Shown here piece after piece: positions 54,572 through 63,932 of a stretch of DNA of 64,000 nucleotides. The notes beneath the pieces are model-generated. The model was not told where the DNA came from. It was given only the letters and a program-made list of their open reading frames with translations, and did no database searches. The position numbers and the translations under genes were made by a program. How positions within the stretch are numbered: position 1 is the first letter of the stretch; each line of letters starts with the position of its first letter. This stretch comes from Acidimicrobiales bacterium (GTDB lineage: Bacteria > Actinomycetota > Acidimicrobiia > Acidimicrobiales > SZUA-35): contig JBBKXQ010000008.1 in the NCBI GenBank assembly GCA_037969565.1, positions 14,527 to 78,526 on the forward strand, in the 5' to 3' direction.

Positions 54572-55275
54572 CGGTCGGCCGGTCGCAAGACATATCCGAC
54601 CCCACGCTTGGTGTGGATCAGCGGACGTGTCCCGTCGTCGATCTTGCGGCGGAGGTAACCGATGTACAACTCGACCACGTTCTCACTGCCTTCGTAGTCA
54701 TAGTCCCAGACATTGACGAGAATCTGCGCCTTGGAAACAACAGTTCCGGCATTCACCATGAGGTAATGAAGGAGGCGGAACTCGGTTGGTGACAGCTCGA
54801 TGAGAGCGCCGGCCCGGCGAACCTCGTGACCCGACGGTTCCAGGGTGAGGTCCTCCACCGCTAGTGCGTCGCCCGGAGACTCGTGACCGGTACGGCGCAG
54901 AATGGCTGCCACCCGAAGTACCAGTTCGTCGACGCTGAACGGCTTGGTGAGATAGTCGTCGCCGCCGATCACGAACCCCTTGATCCGATCAGCGGGCTCG
55001 TCTCGTGCAGTCAGAAAGAGAACGGGAGCGAAGCGGCCCGCATCTCGAAGCCGATGACAAACCTCGTAACCGTCGATCCCGGGAAGCATCACATCGAGCA
55101 CGATCAGATCGAAGTCTTCGGTCGAGGCCAATTCGAACCCAGCCATACCGCTGGCGCGCTGCGTCACCGTGTGGCCTTGGTAGCGCAGGGCCGTCGACAC
55201 GATGTCGCTGATTGCCGGTTCGTCCTCGACGACAAGGATCCGACTCGGTGCGGCAGGGATGGATCGGTTGAGCAT
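54568..55275 (-). CDS. OmpR/PhoB-family response regulator
   Basis: Receiver domain (ILVVEDE...DLIVLDVMLPG...LTAR) plus a winged-helix output (LSPTEFRLLHYL...RGVGYVL). ATGA overlap with the kinase. Confidence 0.9.
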   Translation of the reverse strand: MLNRSIPAAPSRILVVEDEPAISDIVSTALRYQGHTVTQRASGMAGFELASTEDFDLIVLDVMLPGIDGYEVCHRLRDAGRFAPVLFLTARDEPADRIKGFVIGGDDYLTKPFSVDELVLRVAAILRRTGHESPGDALAVEDLTLEPSGHEVRRAGALIELSPTEFRLLHYLMVNAGTVVSKAQILVNVWDYDYEGSENVVELYIGYLRRKIDDGTRPLIHTKRGVGYVLRPADR

Positions 55276-55321
55276 CGCCTTCTAGTGAACAGAGGTTCAC
55301 TGTGAAAATGCTGTGAGCCGT

Positions 55322-56335
55322 TCAGCGTTCTGGTCGCCGACGTCTCCGGCGATCGATGAGTGCGGTCACGGCGGGGGATGAAGATCGGTAACTCACGATG
55401 GTGACGTCGAGTGGGAGGTGGGAGAGAAGGGAGCAGGCGCGATCGATGGCGTCGATGATCCAGGTTTCGTCGTTGCCGAAGACGCCGCCGCCGAGCATTG
55501 TCAGGTGTACTGCGGCCTTCCCGGTTCGGTCGGCGTTGAGGGCTGCGGCCCGAAGGGTGGCTTCGTACGATGCTTCGAGAATGAGACGAGCGAAGGCTTC
55601 GAAGCGGTCTGGTGGGAGACGGTTGTAGGCCACCGGGAGAGCTGAGCAGTACGCCTGGGTGACGGTGTGACCGGTCGGCGAGGTGGTCACTTCGACGTCG
55701 TGGTGCACTCCGATACGAAGCTGCGCTCTGACGCCGTCGATCTCGAGTGGCGACATCGTGGCGAGGCGCTCATCGAGTCGGTCGAGGCCCAGCTCGTCGA
55801 ACATGGCATAGCCATTCGCCATGGTCCACGCCGGATCGGTTTCGGGGAAGAGGTGGGTGGCGATGTCGGCGAGGCAGTCGATCTGGTTGTCGACGCTTTG
55901 GCCGATCCGACCGTTGACGTCCACGAAGTAGTTCCGCAGGATGGTGCCGGCGCCACAAGCGACAGCACAGGCGGGGCCCTGGGTCGGGTCGTTCTGATAC
56001 CCGCTGACCCCGGCTTCGGGAGTGACGCCCGGTGACACCATTTCCAGCAGGTTGAATTGCGACGCCGCCTGGAACAGCGCGCCAGCGTTGCGCTGGTCGC
56101 GGTGCAGCGATCCGGCGTCGCCGACGATCTCGCGCAGCACCAGTTTCAGCGAGTCAGCACCGAGGGATGCGGTGCGCTTCCGAAGTTCGGCCAGTGAGAC
56201 CAGTTCGAGCGTGCCGCACTGCATCCGGCGGCCGTTCACTGTGGAGATCAATACGTCGCCATCGAGGATGAGATGCTCACGCACCTCATCGCCCGAAGTC
56301 TCCGCGAACCCGACAAGTTCTTCGAACCACATCAT
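55322..56335 (-). CDS. Conserved-looking protein of unknown function (possible divergent macrodomain-like fold)
   Basis: 337 aa with a clean GC3-rich ORF. Motifs ALFQAASQFNLLEM, DPTQGPACAVACGAGTILRNYF, VHLTMLGGGVFGNDETWIIDAI. Lies 46 nt upstream of the response regulator on the same strand. Confidence 0.4.
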   Translation of the reverse strand: MMWFEELVGFAETSGDEVREHLILDGDVLISTVNGRRMQCGTLELVSLAELRKRTASLGADSLKLVLREIVGDAGSLHRDQRNAGALFQAASQFNLLEMVSPGVTPEAGVSGYQNDPTQGPACAVACGAGTILRNYFVDVNGRIGQSVDNQIDCLADIATHLFPETDPAWTMANGYAMFDELGLDRLDERLATMSPLEIDGVRAQLRIGVHHDVEVTTSPTGHTVTQAYCSALPVAYNRLPPDRFEAFARLILEASYEATLRAAALNADRTGKAAVHLTMLGGGVFGNDETWIIDAIDRACSLLSHLPLDVTIVSYRSSSPAVTALIDRRRRRRPER

Positions 56336-56462
56336 GTCATCGTCCCAGTTGCCGCCAGGCAGTGCACGCGTCGAGGCTCGGTGACACGCAGCTCAAGGTC
56401 GGCGGCTAGCGGGTCGATACGTGGGCATCGAGACGTCGCGAAATCGGTGCTGAGGAGCTCCT

Positions 56463-56843
56463 GTGAGAGATCTGAATCTGTCGGCTCGGGGCAAGGCCGC
56501 ATACGGCGGACTCTGCGTCGTGTGCTGTGGTCTGCCGATGTTGGTGACGCTGGGAATCCTGAGTATCGGTGTTGCGTTCGCCGTCGGTGCCTCGATTGCG
56601 TCCGCAGTCGGGGTTGTTGCCACGGCATACCTCGTTGCCCGACGGCGGTTGATCCACGTGCCAGCGGGGGCTCGCCGGATGCTCACCATTGGCGGAACGA
56701 CGATGTCGGGGCTCGGCCTCTGGCTCGCCAACGAGTCTGCTGACGTGGCGCCGGTGGTGCTGAGTGTGGCCGTGGCGGCCTTGTCTACAGCTGCGCTCCT
56801 CGCTCTTTCGGCTTCGAACGCCCCCGGCCGTACGGCGGCCTGA
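56463..56843 (+). CDS. Small polytopic membrane protein with a Cys cluster in TM1
   Basis: GGLCVVCCGLPMLVTLGILSIGVAF plus two or three further hydrophobic helices. Confidence 0.45.
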   Translation: MRDLNLSARGKAAYGGLCVVCCGLPMLVTLGILSIGVAFAVGASIASAVGVVATAYLVARRRLIHVPAGARRMLTIGGTTMSGLGLWLANESADVAPVVLSVAVAALSTAALLALSASNAPGRTAA

Positions 56844-57022
56844 GCGACCGCCACGATGAACGTTCCCGAGGCACCGGCCTGGCGCTGGGACCCTCGCTGC
56901 TTCAGCAGTGTTGCGATTGAATGACGTTGGTATGACGACACCGTGTCGTAGTATGGCTGCCGGCATGGGAACGGGGTCGGAGTGCCTCCAACCGAAATCA
57001 TTTGCAATCCCCCGAGGTACTC

Positions 57023-58570
57023 GTGAAAGACATCCGCCATGTGGCCGCAAGATTCCTTGCTGTCGTCGCCCTCATTGCCCTACTGGCGGCCACGGTTCTG
57101 GCTGGTCCCGCGGCGGCGCACACAGGCTTCGAATCCTCCGACCCGGTCGACGGCGCCACCCTTGACACACCGCTGGATGTCATCACGCTCGTATTCAGCG
57201 GCGAGGCCGAACCCACGGGAGAGGGCTTCCAGATCCTCGAGCCCACCGGCGGGCTCCGTCAACCCAGTGAGGCGAGCACTGCTGATGGGTCGACATGGGT
57301 GCTGCGGTTCGATCCTCCGGTGACCGGTGGTGTGGTCGGCCTGCGCTGGATGGTCAAGGCGCCCGACGCCCACGCCATCGACGGCAGTTTCAGCTTCACC
57401 GTCACGGCTCCGGCGCCCGCCATCGACGAGCCCGCCCCAGCAGCCGAGGCGACCTCGGCCGAGGAGATCGCGGCGCCGGCCGTGGATCTCGAGTCGTTCC
57501 TCGACACGAAAACGGATCAGAACAAAACACCACAGAGGGTCGGAGCTGCGGGTCGCATGATCAGCCTCGCTGGAACGCTCGTCGGTGTCGGCGCCTTGAT
57601 ATTTGCGGCTGCGGTACTCCGAGGGGCACGACGCGATGTCCGCCATGTCCTCCATTGGGTCCGGCGGGCCGGCCTCTTGGTCGTCGTTGGTGCCATTGTC
57701 GAACTCGTCGCTCAGCTTGCCGTCGACGGTGGGGGTCGGTGGTCGGCGATCTGGTCGTTCACGACACTCGGTTCCGTACTCGTCTCATCCTTCGGGATCG
57801 CCGTCGCGCTCCGGATCGTTGGCGGATTGGCCATGGCTTCGGGCGCCCGGATCGACATCACCCACGCGTCCGAAACGCCCGATCCAGTCGTGGCGATCCG
57901 AGAATTGGTAGGAGCGGGCGTCGGATCATCGAGCGACTTCTGGGCCATCGAGAACGAGGACACGGGATCGGGCCGACAACTCACGGGCTCCGAGCCCTAT
58001 CTCCACCACGGAGATCAGGCCTGGTCTCCGACCCTCGACTCGGCTGGCGCGATGCTTGGCGGCTTCGCGTTGCTCGTTGCTCATTTGTTCGATGGCCACA
58101 CCGTCACGAAGGGCGATCGCTTGTTCACCGGGATCGTCGACTTGGTCCACGTCGCCGGTGGGGCGGTGTGGGCCGGCGGCGTCTTGATGTTGACCTCAGT
58201 TCTATGGCGACGTCACCGGCAGGGCCGCGAGCTACGCGCTCTGCAGCTCGCAGTTCGTTTCTCGGTCGTGGCAACGATCGCTCTGGTTGCCGTCGGCCTG
58301 GCCGGAGTGGTGCTCACCGTGATCATCCTCGACAGTCCTTCCGAGCTCTGGTCAACCGAATGGGGCAGGCTCCTCATGCTCAAGACGCTTTTCGTGGTCG
58401 CTGCCGGTGCGGCTGGGGGATACAACCACAAGGTGCTCATCCCGCAGATGGAGAGTGCACCGGACGACCTTGCGCTGACCTCACAATTTCGAGCAATCGT
58501 CACTGGAGAAGCTGCAGCCTTGGTGGCGGTGCTGATCGCTACGGCCTTCCTCATGGGTGCCGCCTCCTGA
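57023..58570 (+). CDS. Copper resistance CopC-CopD fusion protein
   Basis: Signal peptide then AAAHTGFESSDPVDGATL (CopC N-terminal His). The C-terminal half is polytopic and CopD-like. Start ambiguous (57002, 57023 or 57041). Confidence 0.75.
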   Translation: MKDIRHVAARFLAVVALIALLAATVLAGPAAAHTGFESSDPVDGATLDTPLDVITLVFSGEAEPTGEGFQILEPTGGLRQPSEASTADGSTWVLRFDPPVTGGVVGLRWMVKAPDAHAIDGSFSFTVTAPAPAIDEPAPAAEATSAEEIAAPAVDLESFLDTKTDQNKTPQRVGAAGRMISLAGTLVGVGALIFAAAVLRGARRDVRHVLHWVRRAGLLVVVGAIVELVAQLAVDGGGRWSAIWSFTTLGSVLVSSFGIAVALRIVGGLAMASGARIDITHASETPDPVVAIRELVGAGVGSSSDFWAIENEDTGSGRQLTGSEPYLHHGDQAWSPTLDSAGAMLGGFALLVAHLFDGHTVTKGDRLFTGIVDLVHVAGGAVWAGGVLMLTSVLWRRHRQGRELRALQLAVRFSVVATIALVAVGLAGVVLTVIILDSPSELWSTEWGRLLMLKTLFVVAAGAAGGYNHKVLIPQMESAPDDLALTSQFRAIVTGEAAALVAVLIATAFLMGAAS

Positions 58571-58633
58571 CCCGACTGGCTCGGGGGTCGTCACGTCGAA
58601 TCTGACCGACCGCGATTCTGTGGCCGCCACAAC

Positions 58634-59992
58634 TCACATCGCCATGTGGCCGTCCGGGTCGGTGTGTGAGCGCATGAAGAGCCGTTCGGCGATGACGATG
58701 ATGGCGATGGCGGCGGCGGAGACGTAGAGGATGAGTGCGTCGGCGGAGGCTTTGACCCACAGGAACGCGATCAGGACGGTGACGTCGAGGACGATCGCCG
58801 TGATGACGATGGCAGGTTTGACGTCGATGCGGGATCGGAGGTGGCGCAGGAGTCCCCAGTGGATTGCGATGTCCATGATCAGGTAGAAAATGGCGCCGAG
58901 GGCGGCGATGCGACGTAGGTCGAAGAGCACCGTGAGGGTCATGGCGAAAGCGACGGTGTAGACCATGGTGTGGACCCGGATCGGGCCGGGCAGGCCGAGG
59001 TGGCGGTGGGGGACTTCTTTCATGGTGGACAGCATCGCCAGCATCCGTGACGCGGCGAACACGCTGGCGATGACACCCGACGCAGTGGCGATGACAGCGA
59101 TTGCGACCGTGAACCACAGTCCGGTTTGGCCGAAGGCGGGTTCGGCGGCGCGAGCGATGGCGAAGTTCTCGGCGTCGATGATCTCGGTGAGGGTGAGGTT
59201 GCCGGCGACAGCGACGGCGAGGACGAGGTAGATGGCAGAGCAGATGGCGATCGAGATCACGATGGCTCGGCCGGTGTTGCGGTGGGGATCGACGATCTCG
59301 CCGCCGCTGTTGGTGATCGTGGTGAAGCCCTTGTAGGCGAGGATCGACAGTGCGACTGCGGCCAGGAACCCCTCGAGCGAAGGGGAGGCGCCGCCAGTGC
59401 TGGCGCCATTGGTGAAGTTGGCAGAGCTGGCATAGGCGAGGCCGATGACCGCGAAGATGGCGAGGCCGCCGACTTTGAGGACCGCCATGATCCCTGCGGT
59501 TGCCTGCACGGCCTGATTGCCGGCGAGGTTGATGACGAAGGCGACGACGAGAAGGGCGACGCCGAGGGTCGGGACCCAGAACGACGCAGACCCGAGGTCG
59601 ACGATTTGGAGGAGGTACGAGCCGAAGGTGCGGGCGACGAGGCTCTCGTTGATGACCATCGAGACGTACATGAACAAACCGAACACGCCGGTCGCGGTGC
59701 CGAGCCCGTATTCCTCCTTGAGGAACATGGCCACCCCGCCAGATGATGGAAAGGCATTGGAGAGCTTCACGTAGGAGTAGGAACTGAACGAGGCGACGAT
59801 GGCGGCGACGAGGAACGCGACTGGAAAGAGGTCTCCGGCCAGGCCGGCAGCTTGACCCGTGAGCGCGAATATCCCGGCGCCGATCATGACGCCGGTACCG
59901 AGCGACACCGCCCCTGCCAGGCTCAGACTTGCGGCGACCTCGTCGTCGGAGTGTTCAGGATCGGCCGTGGCCTGGGGCGGGTTGTGGTCCAT
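58634..59992 (-). CDS. APC-superfamily amino acid permease
   Basis: Starts MDHNPPQ; SLGTGVMIGAGIFALTGQAAG is typical of APC transporters. About 12 TM helices. Confidence 0.8.
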   Translation of the reverse strand: MDHNPPQATADPEHSDDEVAASLSLAGAVSLGTGVMIGAGIFALTGQAAGLAGDLFPVAFLVAAIVASFSSYSYVKLSNAFPSSGGVAMFLKEEYGLGTATGVFGLFMYVSMVINESLVARTFGSYLLQIVDLGSASFWVPTLGVALLVVAFVINLAGNQAVQATAGIMAVLKVGGLAIFAVIGLAYASSANFTNGASTGGASPSLEGFLAAVALSILAYKGFTTITNSGGEIVDPHRNTGRAIVISIAICSAIYLVLAVAVAGNLTLTEIIDAENFAIARAAEPAFGQTGLWFTVAIAVIATASGVIASVFAASRMLAMLSTMKEVPHRHLGLPGPIRVHTMVYTVAFAMTLTVLFDLRRIAALGAIFYLIMDIAIHWGLLRHLRSRIDVKPAIVITAIVLDVTVLIAFLWVKASADALILYVSAAAIAIIVIAERLFMRSHTDPDGHMAM

Positions 59993-60199
59993 GACGATCG
60001 GTGTCTCCCGTTCAGGATTGGAGTGTGTTGTGAGTGACGAGATAAAGGATGGGACGAGAAAAGGGGAAAGGTGCCAGTTGTCTCGGTGATGGCCACAATC
60101 GACCTTTGGCCCTACTCGGGATGTGGGGTCGACGCGACGATGTGGGCACGGCGCCGTTGATCGGGCCGTATCGAGCAAGTTCCATCGAAGGAGATCCCC

Positions 60200-60484
60200 A
60201 TGAAGTTTGCAGCAGCAACGACAGCGATCCTGGCCGACGCCGATGGTTTCGGCCACATGGACGGTTGGGGTGGCGGATGGATGTGGCTATGGGGGGTTGC
60301 AATGATGGCCCTGTTCGTCGGTCTCATCGTCTGGCTCTTCCGCAGCACCGACGGGTCGGCCCGACCGACGCAGCCCTCATCGCAGAACCCAAGCGATCGG
60401 CCTCGCGAGATCCTCGCGGAACGGTACGCCAATGGCGAGCTGACAACCGAGGAGTACCGCGAACGCGTCGGCCAACTCCAGTGA
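60200..60484 (+). CDS. SHOCT-domain membrane protein
   Basis: One TM (MWLWGVAMMALFVGLIVWLF) and a C-terminal ILAERYANGELTTEEYRERVGQL SHOCT motif. Confidence 0.7.
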   Translation: MKFAAATTAILADADGFGHMDGWGGGWMWLWGVAMMALFVGLIVWLFRSTDGSARPTQPSSQNPSDRPREILAERYANGELTTEEYRERVGQLQ

Positions 60485-60603
60485 CGAAGTCCCCGCGCAT
60501 TGGCCGTCGCCCAGGGGCCGTTGACGGCTCGCCCCCGTCTGGGCTCCACGTGCGACTCGACATGACCCTCCCACCACCGGCCGGCGTGGTCGAGCCTCGT
60601 TGA

Positions 60604-61230
60604 TCACCCAGGCGCGGCCAGGAAGCTTTGGACGAACTCGCGAATCCCGTGGTCGTCGAACGCGGCGGTGAGCGAGCCGTCGGCATCGTGACCGATGTCG
60701 AGAGACGGACAGAAGAACTCTCGATCCTGCACCCAGAAGTCGGGTGACCCTCGAACACCGCGGCGCTGGCCCTCGGCGTAATCGGCTTGGACTCCCGCCG
60801 TCGGCTCGAGCCCGGGCGGTGCCAGCGCGAACTCCTCGGCTACCCCGGCCAGCACTTGGTCGTCGGCGATGTCGCAGCCTTCTTCGAACACCAAGCTACG
60901 AAGCCGGAGACTGACTGCGAAACCGGTGGCTGCGTCACGCTCGTAGGCAGCGTCGGCGAGGTTCAATGCGGGGATCGTCGTGTTTGGCCAACGGTCCGCT
61001 CGGAACCCGTCGAAGTCGTGAACGCCGAGTTGCGAGCTGAGCGCAGCCGCCTTGACGGCCACGCCTTCTGCGTCGAGGGGAGATCCGTTCACCCATTCCA
61101 GCGGCCACGCGCGAACTCGTATTTCCACCGCCGCGCCTGAGGCCTCGATCTCGGTGGCCATCACCTTGAGTCCGACGTGGGTGAATGGGCAGTTGATGTC
61201 GGCGAACACCTCGATCGTTTTTGCTGTCAT
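60604..61230 (-). CDS. DsbA-like thioredoxin-fold protein with a single-Cys CPFT motif
   Basis: IEVFADINCPFTHVG at the usual CxxC position, and GVRGSPDFWV near the cis-Pro-loop position. Confidence 0.6.
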   Translation of the reverse strand: MTAKTIEVFADINCPFTHVGLKVMATEIEASGAAVEIRVRAWPLEWVNGSPLDAEGVAVKAAALSSQLGVHDFDGFRADRWPNTTIPALNLADAAYERDAATGFAVSLRLRSLVFEEGCDIADDQVLAGVAEEFALAPPGLEPTAGVQADYAEGQRRGVRGSPDFWVQDREFFCPSLDIGHDADGSLTAAFDDHGIREFVQSFLAAPG

Positions 61231-61344
61231 GGCGCGAGTATGCCGTGCATCGGCTTATGGGCGATTTAGGGAAAGCGGGGGGATGGCATAGGGCGTGCTC
61301 GCTGACACTCAGGTTTACAACCTTCTACCGAGTTGGAGACCAAC

Positions 61345-61896
61345 ATGAGCGTGCAACGAGAAATTCGAATGATCCTCGCCGCAGCGACCCTCGCCGCGAT
61401 CGGCGTGAGCGCGGCGGCCGGCGCCACGGTGTTCGACGGGCGTGGTTCAACCGACGACACCCCGTCGACGACCCGGGTCGGGTCAACTGTGACGTCGGTC
61501 CTGGCCACGACTTCGTCGTCGGCTGGTGGCGACATCTCGGGGCCGTGTGACGAGGTGGAGCATGCCGACGATCCGCGTTGCGTGGGTGTTGCCTCGCCGT
61601 CGGTGACTTCTGTGACGTCGGTGCCCGCAACCACTCCAACGTCGACCGGTGGCGACATCTCGGGGCCGTGTGACGAGGTGGAGCATGCCAACGATCCGCG
61701 TTGCGTTGGTGGCGTGGACAGCAGTAGTTCGGGTCGCCACGGGTCGGTCGGCGACGACTCGCAGAGCCGTTCCGACGACGATCACTCGGGACGAGGTGGC
61801 TCCGATGACGACGAGTCTGACGATCATGGCTCGGATGATCGTGGCTCGGATGATCGAAGCGGCCACGGTCGGGGTGGAGACTCCGACGACGACTGA
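61345..61896 (+). CDS. Secreted protein with duplicated Cys-pair module and an Asp/Ser/His-rich tail
   Basis: GGAGAC lies 5 nt before ATG 61345. Signal peptide IRMILAAATLAAIGVSAAAGA; GGDISGPCDEVEHA[DN]DPRCVG occurs twice; the tail reads SDDDHSGRGGSDDDESDDHGSDDRGSDDRSGHGRGGDSDDD. Confidence 0.6.
   Translation: MSVQREIRMILAAATLAAIGVSAAAGATVFDGRGSTDDTPSTTRVGSTVTSVLATTSSSAGGDISGPCDEVEHADDPRCVGVASPSVTSVTSVPATTPTSTGGDISGPCDEVEHANDPRCVGGVDSSSSGRHGSVGDDSQSRSDDDHSGRGGSDDDESDDHGSDDRGSDDRSGHGRGGDSDDD
61525..61709 (+). repeat. Tandem duplication: two near-identical 62-bp cores (61525-61586 and 61648-61709), period 123 bp
   Basis: The cores differ at two positions by eye (gccgac/gccaac, gtgggt/gttggt). 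In frame, the unit is 41 aa. Confidence 0.85.
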
Positions 61897-61950
61897 GTCA
61901 GGCCGCAAAGACAGCGATCGGTGAGGATGGGGCAGGCACGGCCTGCTCCA

Positions 61951-63255
61951 TCAGCGCGTCGAGCCTGTGGCCAGGCTCGGCAACACCACGGCAACCTCGC
62001 TTCCACCCAGGACACTCTCGCCGATCTGAAACGAACCGCCGACGGCCTCGGCGGTTGAACGGGCGATGTCGAGCCCCAGGCCGGTTGACCCGCTGCCGCT
62101 GACCCCACGCCTCATTGCTTCTTCGTCGAATCCCGGACCGGCATCGCCCACCCAGATCCTCACCTCGCCGTCCCGGTCATCGAAACCGACGATGAAACGC
62201 ACCGCGTCGTCGGTGTGGGCGAACACGTTGTCGATGAACACATCGAGTACCGCTTCCAGCGACGACGCCGAAAGGGGCACCGGGAGCGGTGCTCTTCCTC
62301 GATGGAAGGACCATGGTCGCTCGTTGTCCTCGGCCAGTACCGACCAGAACTCCACTCGTTCGGTCACCACTGCCGCCGCGTCGCACGACTCCGGCTTGCT
62401 CCCCAACGCGCCATTGCTCAACGAGGTGCGGGCCTCGGCGATCAGGTCGTTCACCACGCGGGTCAGGTCGGCAACGTCGCTGCGCAGCTCGTTGGCCAAT
62501 GTCTCGTCGCTTACCTGGTCGACCCGCATCAATAGCTTGGTGAGCGGTGTCCGTAGCCGGTGAGACAGCTCGGCCACCAGCTCGCGTTCGCGGGCCAGCA
62601 TCGTGGACACCTGCGAACCCAGACGGTTGAAGGCGCCCGACAGCTCCACGAGTTCCGGGGGTCCGTGCGGGTCGACCCGTGTGGACAGATCGCCGTCTCC
62701 CAGCCGATGAGCAGCTGCCGCCAGCTGTTGCGCCGGCTGAACGATCGAGCGGGCCAAACGATCGGCCACGAGTACCGACAACGCAACGAGCGCGACTGCG
62801 ACCCCGGCCAGTGCCCCCCAGGCCGTCCACTGGCCCCGGCGCAGATCCTCGTTTGGCACGAACACACGGATGGCCGAGAGTTCGTCCGGGCCACTTGCCA
62901 CGGCGATCACCACCTCGACCCCTCCCTCGACGGACCCGATTGCCGAAGACCCCCGAGTCAACGCGGCAGCGAGACGCTCCGATACCTCCACCTCGGGGCC
63001 GATGGTCCAGCCGGCGGATGTCATCACCGTGAGGCGGCCCGCTCGACCGCTTGGTGTCGCTCCGGCCGCCGACTCGATCTGATCTCGGGTGCTGTCGGAC
63101 ACGAGTGTGGGAACGATGGCTGCTGCGTCGGAACGGGCGGCATCCATCGCTCGATCCTCCGCCGTGCTGCGTACGAGAAAGCCGAGGGGCACAACGAAGG
63201 CCACAGCCACCATCACCGATATGGCGACGAAAACGGTGATGAGCTGGCGTCTCAT
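61951..63255 (-). CDS. Sensor histidine kinase (HAMP, HisKA, HATPase_c)
   Basis: H-box ELSHRLRTPLTKL, G-boxes GDAGPGF and GSTGLGLDIA, N-terminal TM. Confidence 0.85.
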   Translation of the reverse strand: MRRQLITVFVAISVMVAVAFVVPLGFLVRSTAEDRAMDAARSDAAAIVPTLVSDSTRDQIESAAGATPSGRAGRLTVMTSAGWTIGPEVEVSERLAAALTRGSSAIGSVEGGVEVVIAVASGPDELSAIRVFVPNEDLRRGQWTAWGALAGVAVALVALSVLVADRLARSIVQPAQQLAAAAHRLGDGDLSTRVDPHGPPELVELSGAFNRLGSQVSTMLARERELVAELSHRLRTPLTKLLMRVDQVSDETLANELRSDVADLTRVVNDLIAEARTSLSNGALGSKPESCDAAAVVTERVEFWSVLAEDNERPWSFHRGRAPLPVPLSASSLEAVLDVFIDNVFAHTDDAVRFIVGFDDRDGEVRIWVGDAGPGFDEEAMRRGVSGSGSTGLGLDIARSTAEAVGGSFQIGESVLGGSEVAVVLPSLATGSTR

Positions 63256-63932
63256 GTCGGATCGATGAGTTTGATGCCAACCCCGCGGACCGTGTGGAGG
63301 TATCGGGGTTCGGCGGCGGTTTCACCCAACTTGCGTCGAAGCCACGAGACGTGCACGTCGATCGTTTTGTCCGCCCCGCCATAGGGCTGGCGCCAGACTT
63401 CCGCGTACAGCTCCTGACGACTCACGACCTCACCAGCTCTCGTGGCGAGATACGCCAGCAGATCGAACTCCTTGCGGTTCAATGCGATCGTCTCACCGCC
63501 GAGGTCGACCGTTCGCGACCGCAAGTTCACCGTCATCGGACCGACGGTGAGCTTGTTCGATGGTCCCACCACCGCTGATCGGCGCAACAACGCTCGGACC
63601 CGAGCTTCGAGCTCGGCCCCTGAGTACGGCTTCACGACGTACTCGTCGGCCCCCGCGTCGAGCAGGCGCACGATCTCGTCATCCTCGTCGCGAGCCGTGG
63701 CGATGATCACGGGCACCTGCGACACACCTCGAATCATCAGCAGTACGTCGCCGCCGTCGACGTCGGGGAGGCCGAGATCGAGCACCACGACGTCGGGACT
63801 GTTGTCGATGGCACTCTGCAACCCGGCCATGCCGGTGGCCTCGGACCACACAACGTGCCCGGCACCGGCCAGCGCTCGAACCGCCAAATCGCGAATCTGG
63901 TGATCATCCTCGACGATCAGTACTGATGCCAC
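63252..63932 (-). CDS. OmpR/PhoB-family response regulator
   Basis: VLIVEDD...DVVVLDLGLPDVDG...ATAR receiver plus winged helix (LNRKEFDLLAYL...VRGVGIKL). Overlaps the kinase start. Confidence 0.9.
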   Translation of the reverse strand: MASVLIVEDDHQIRDLAVRALAGAGHVVWSEATGMAGLQSAIDNSPDVVVLDLGLPDVDGGDVLLMIRGVSQVPVIIATARDEDDEIVRLLDAGADEYVVKPYSGAELEARVRALLRRSAVVGPSNKLTVGPMTVNLRSRTVDLGGETIALNRKEFDLLAYLATRAGEVVSRQELYAEVWRQPYGGADKTIDVHVSWLRRKLGETAAEPRYLHTVRGVGIKLIDPT

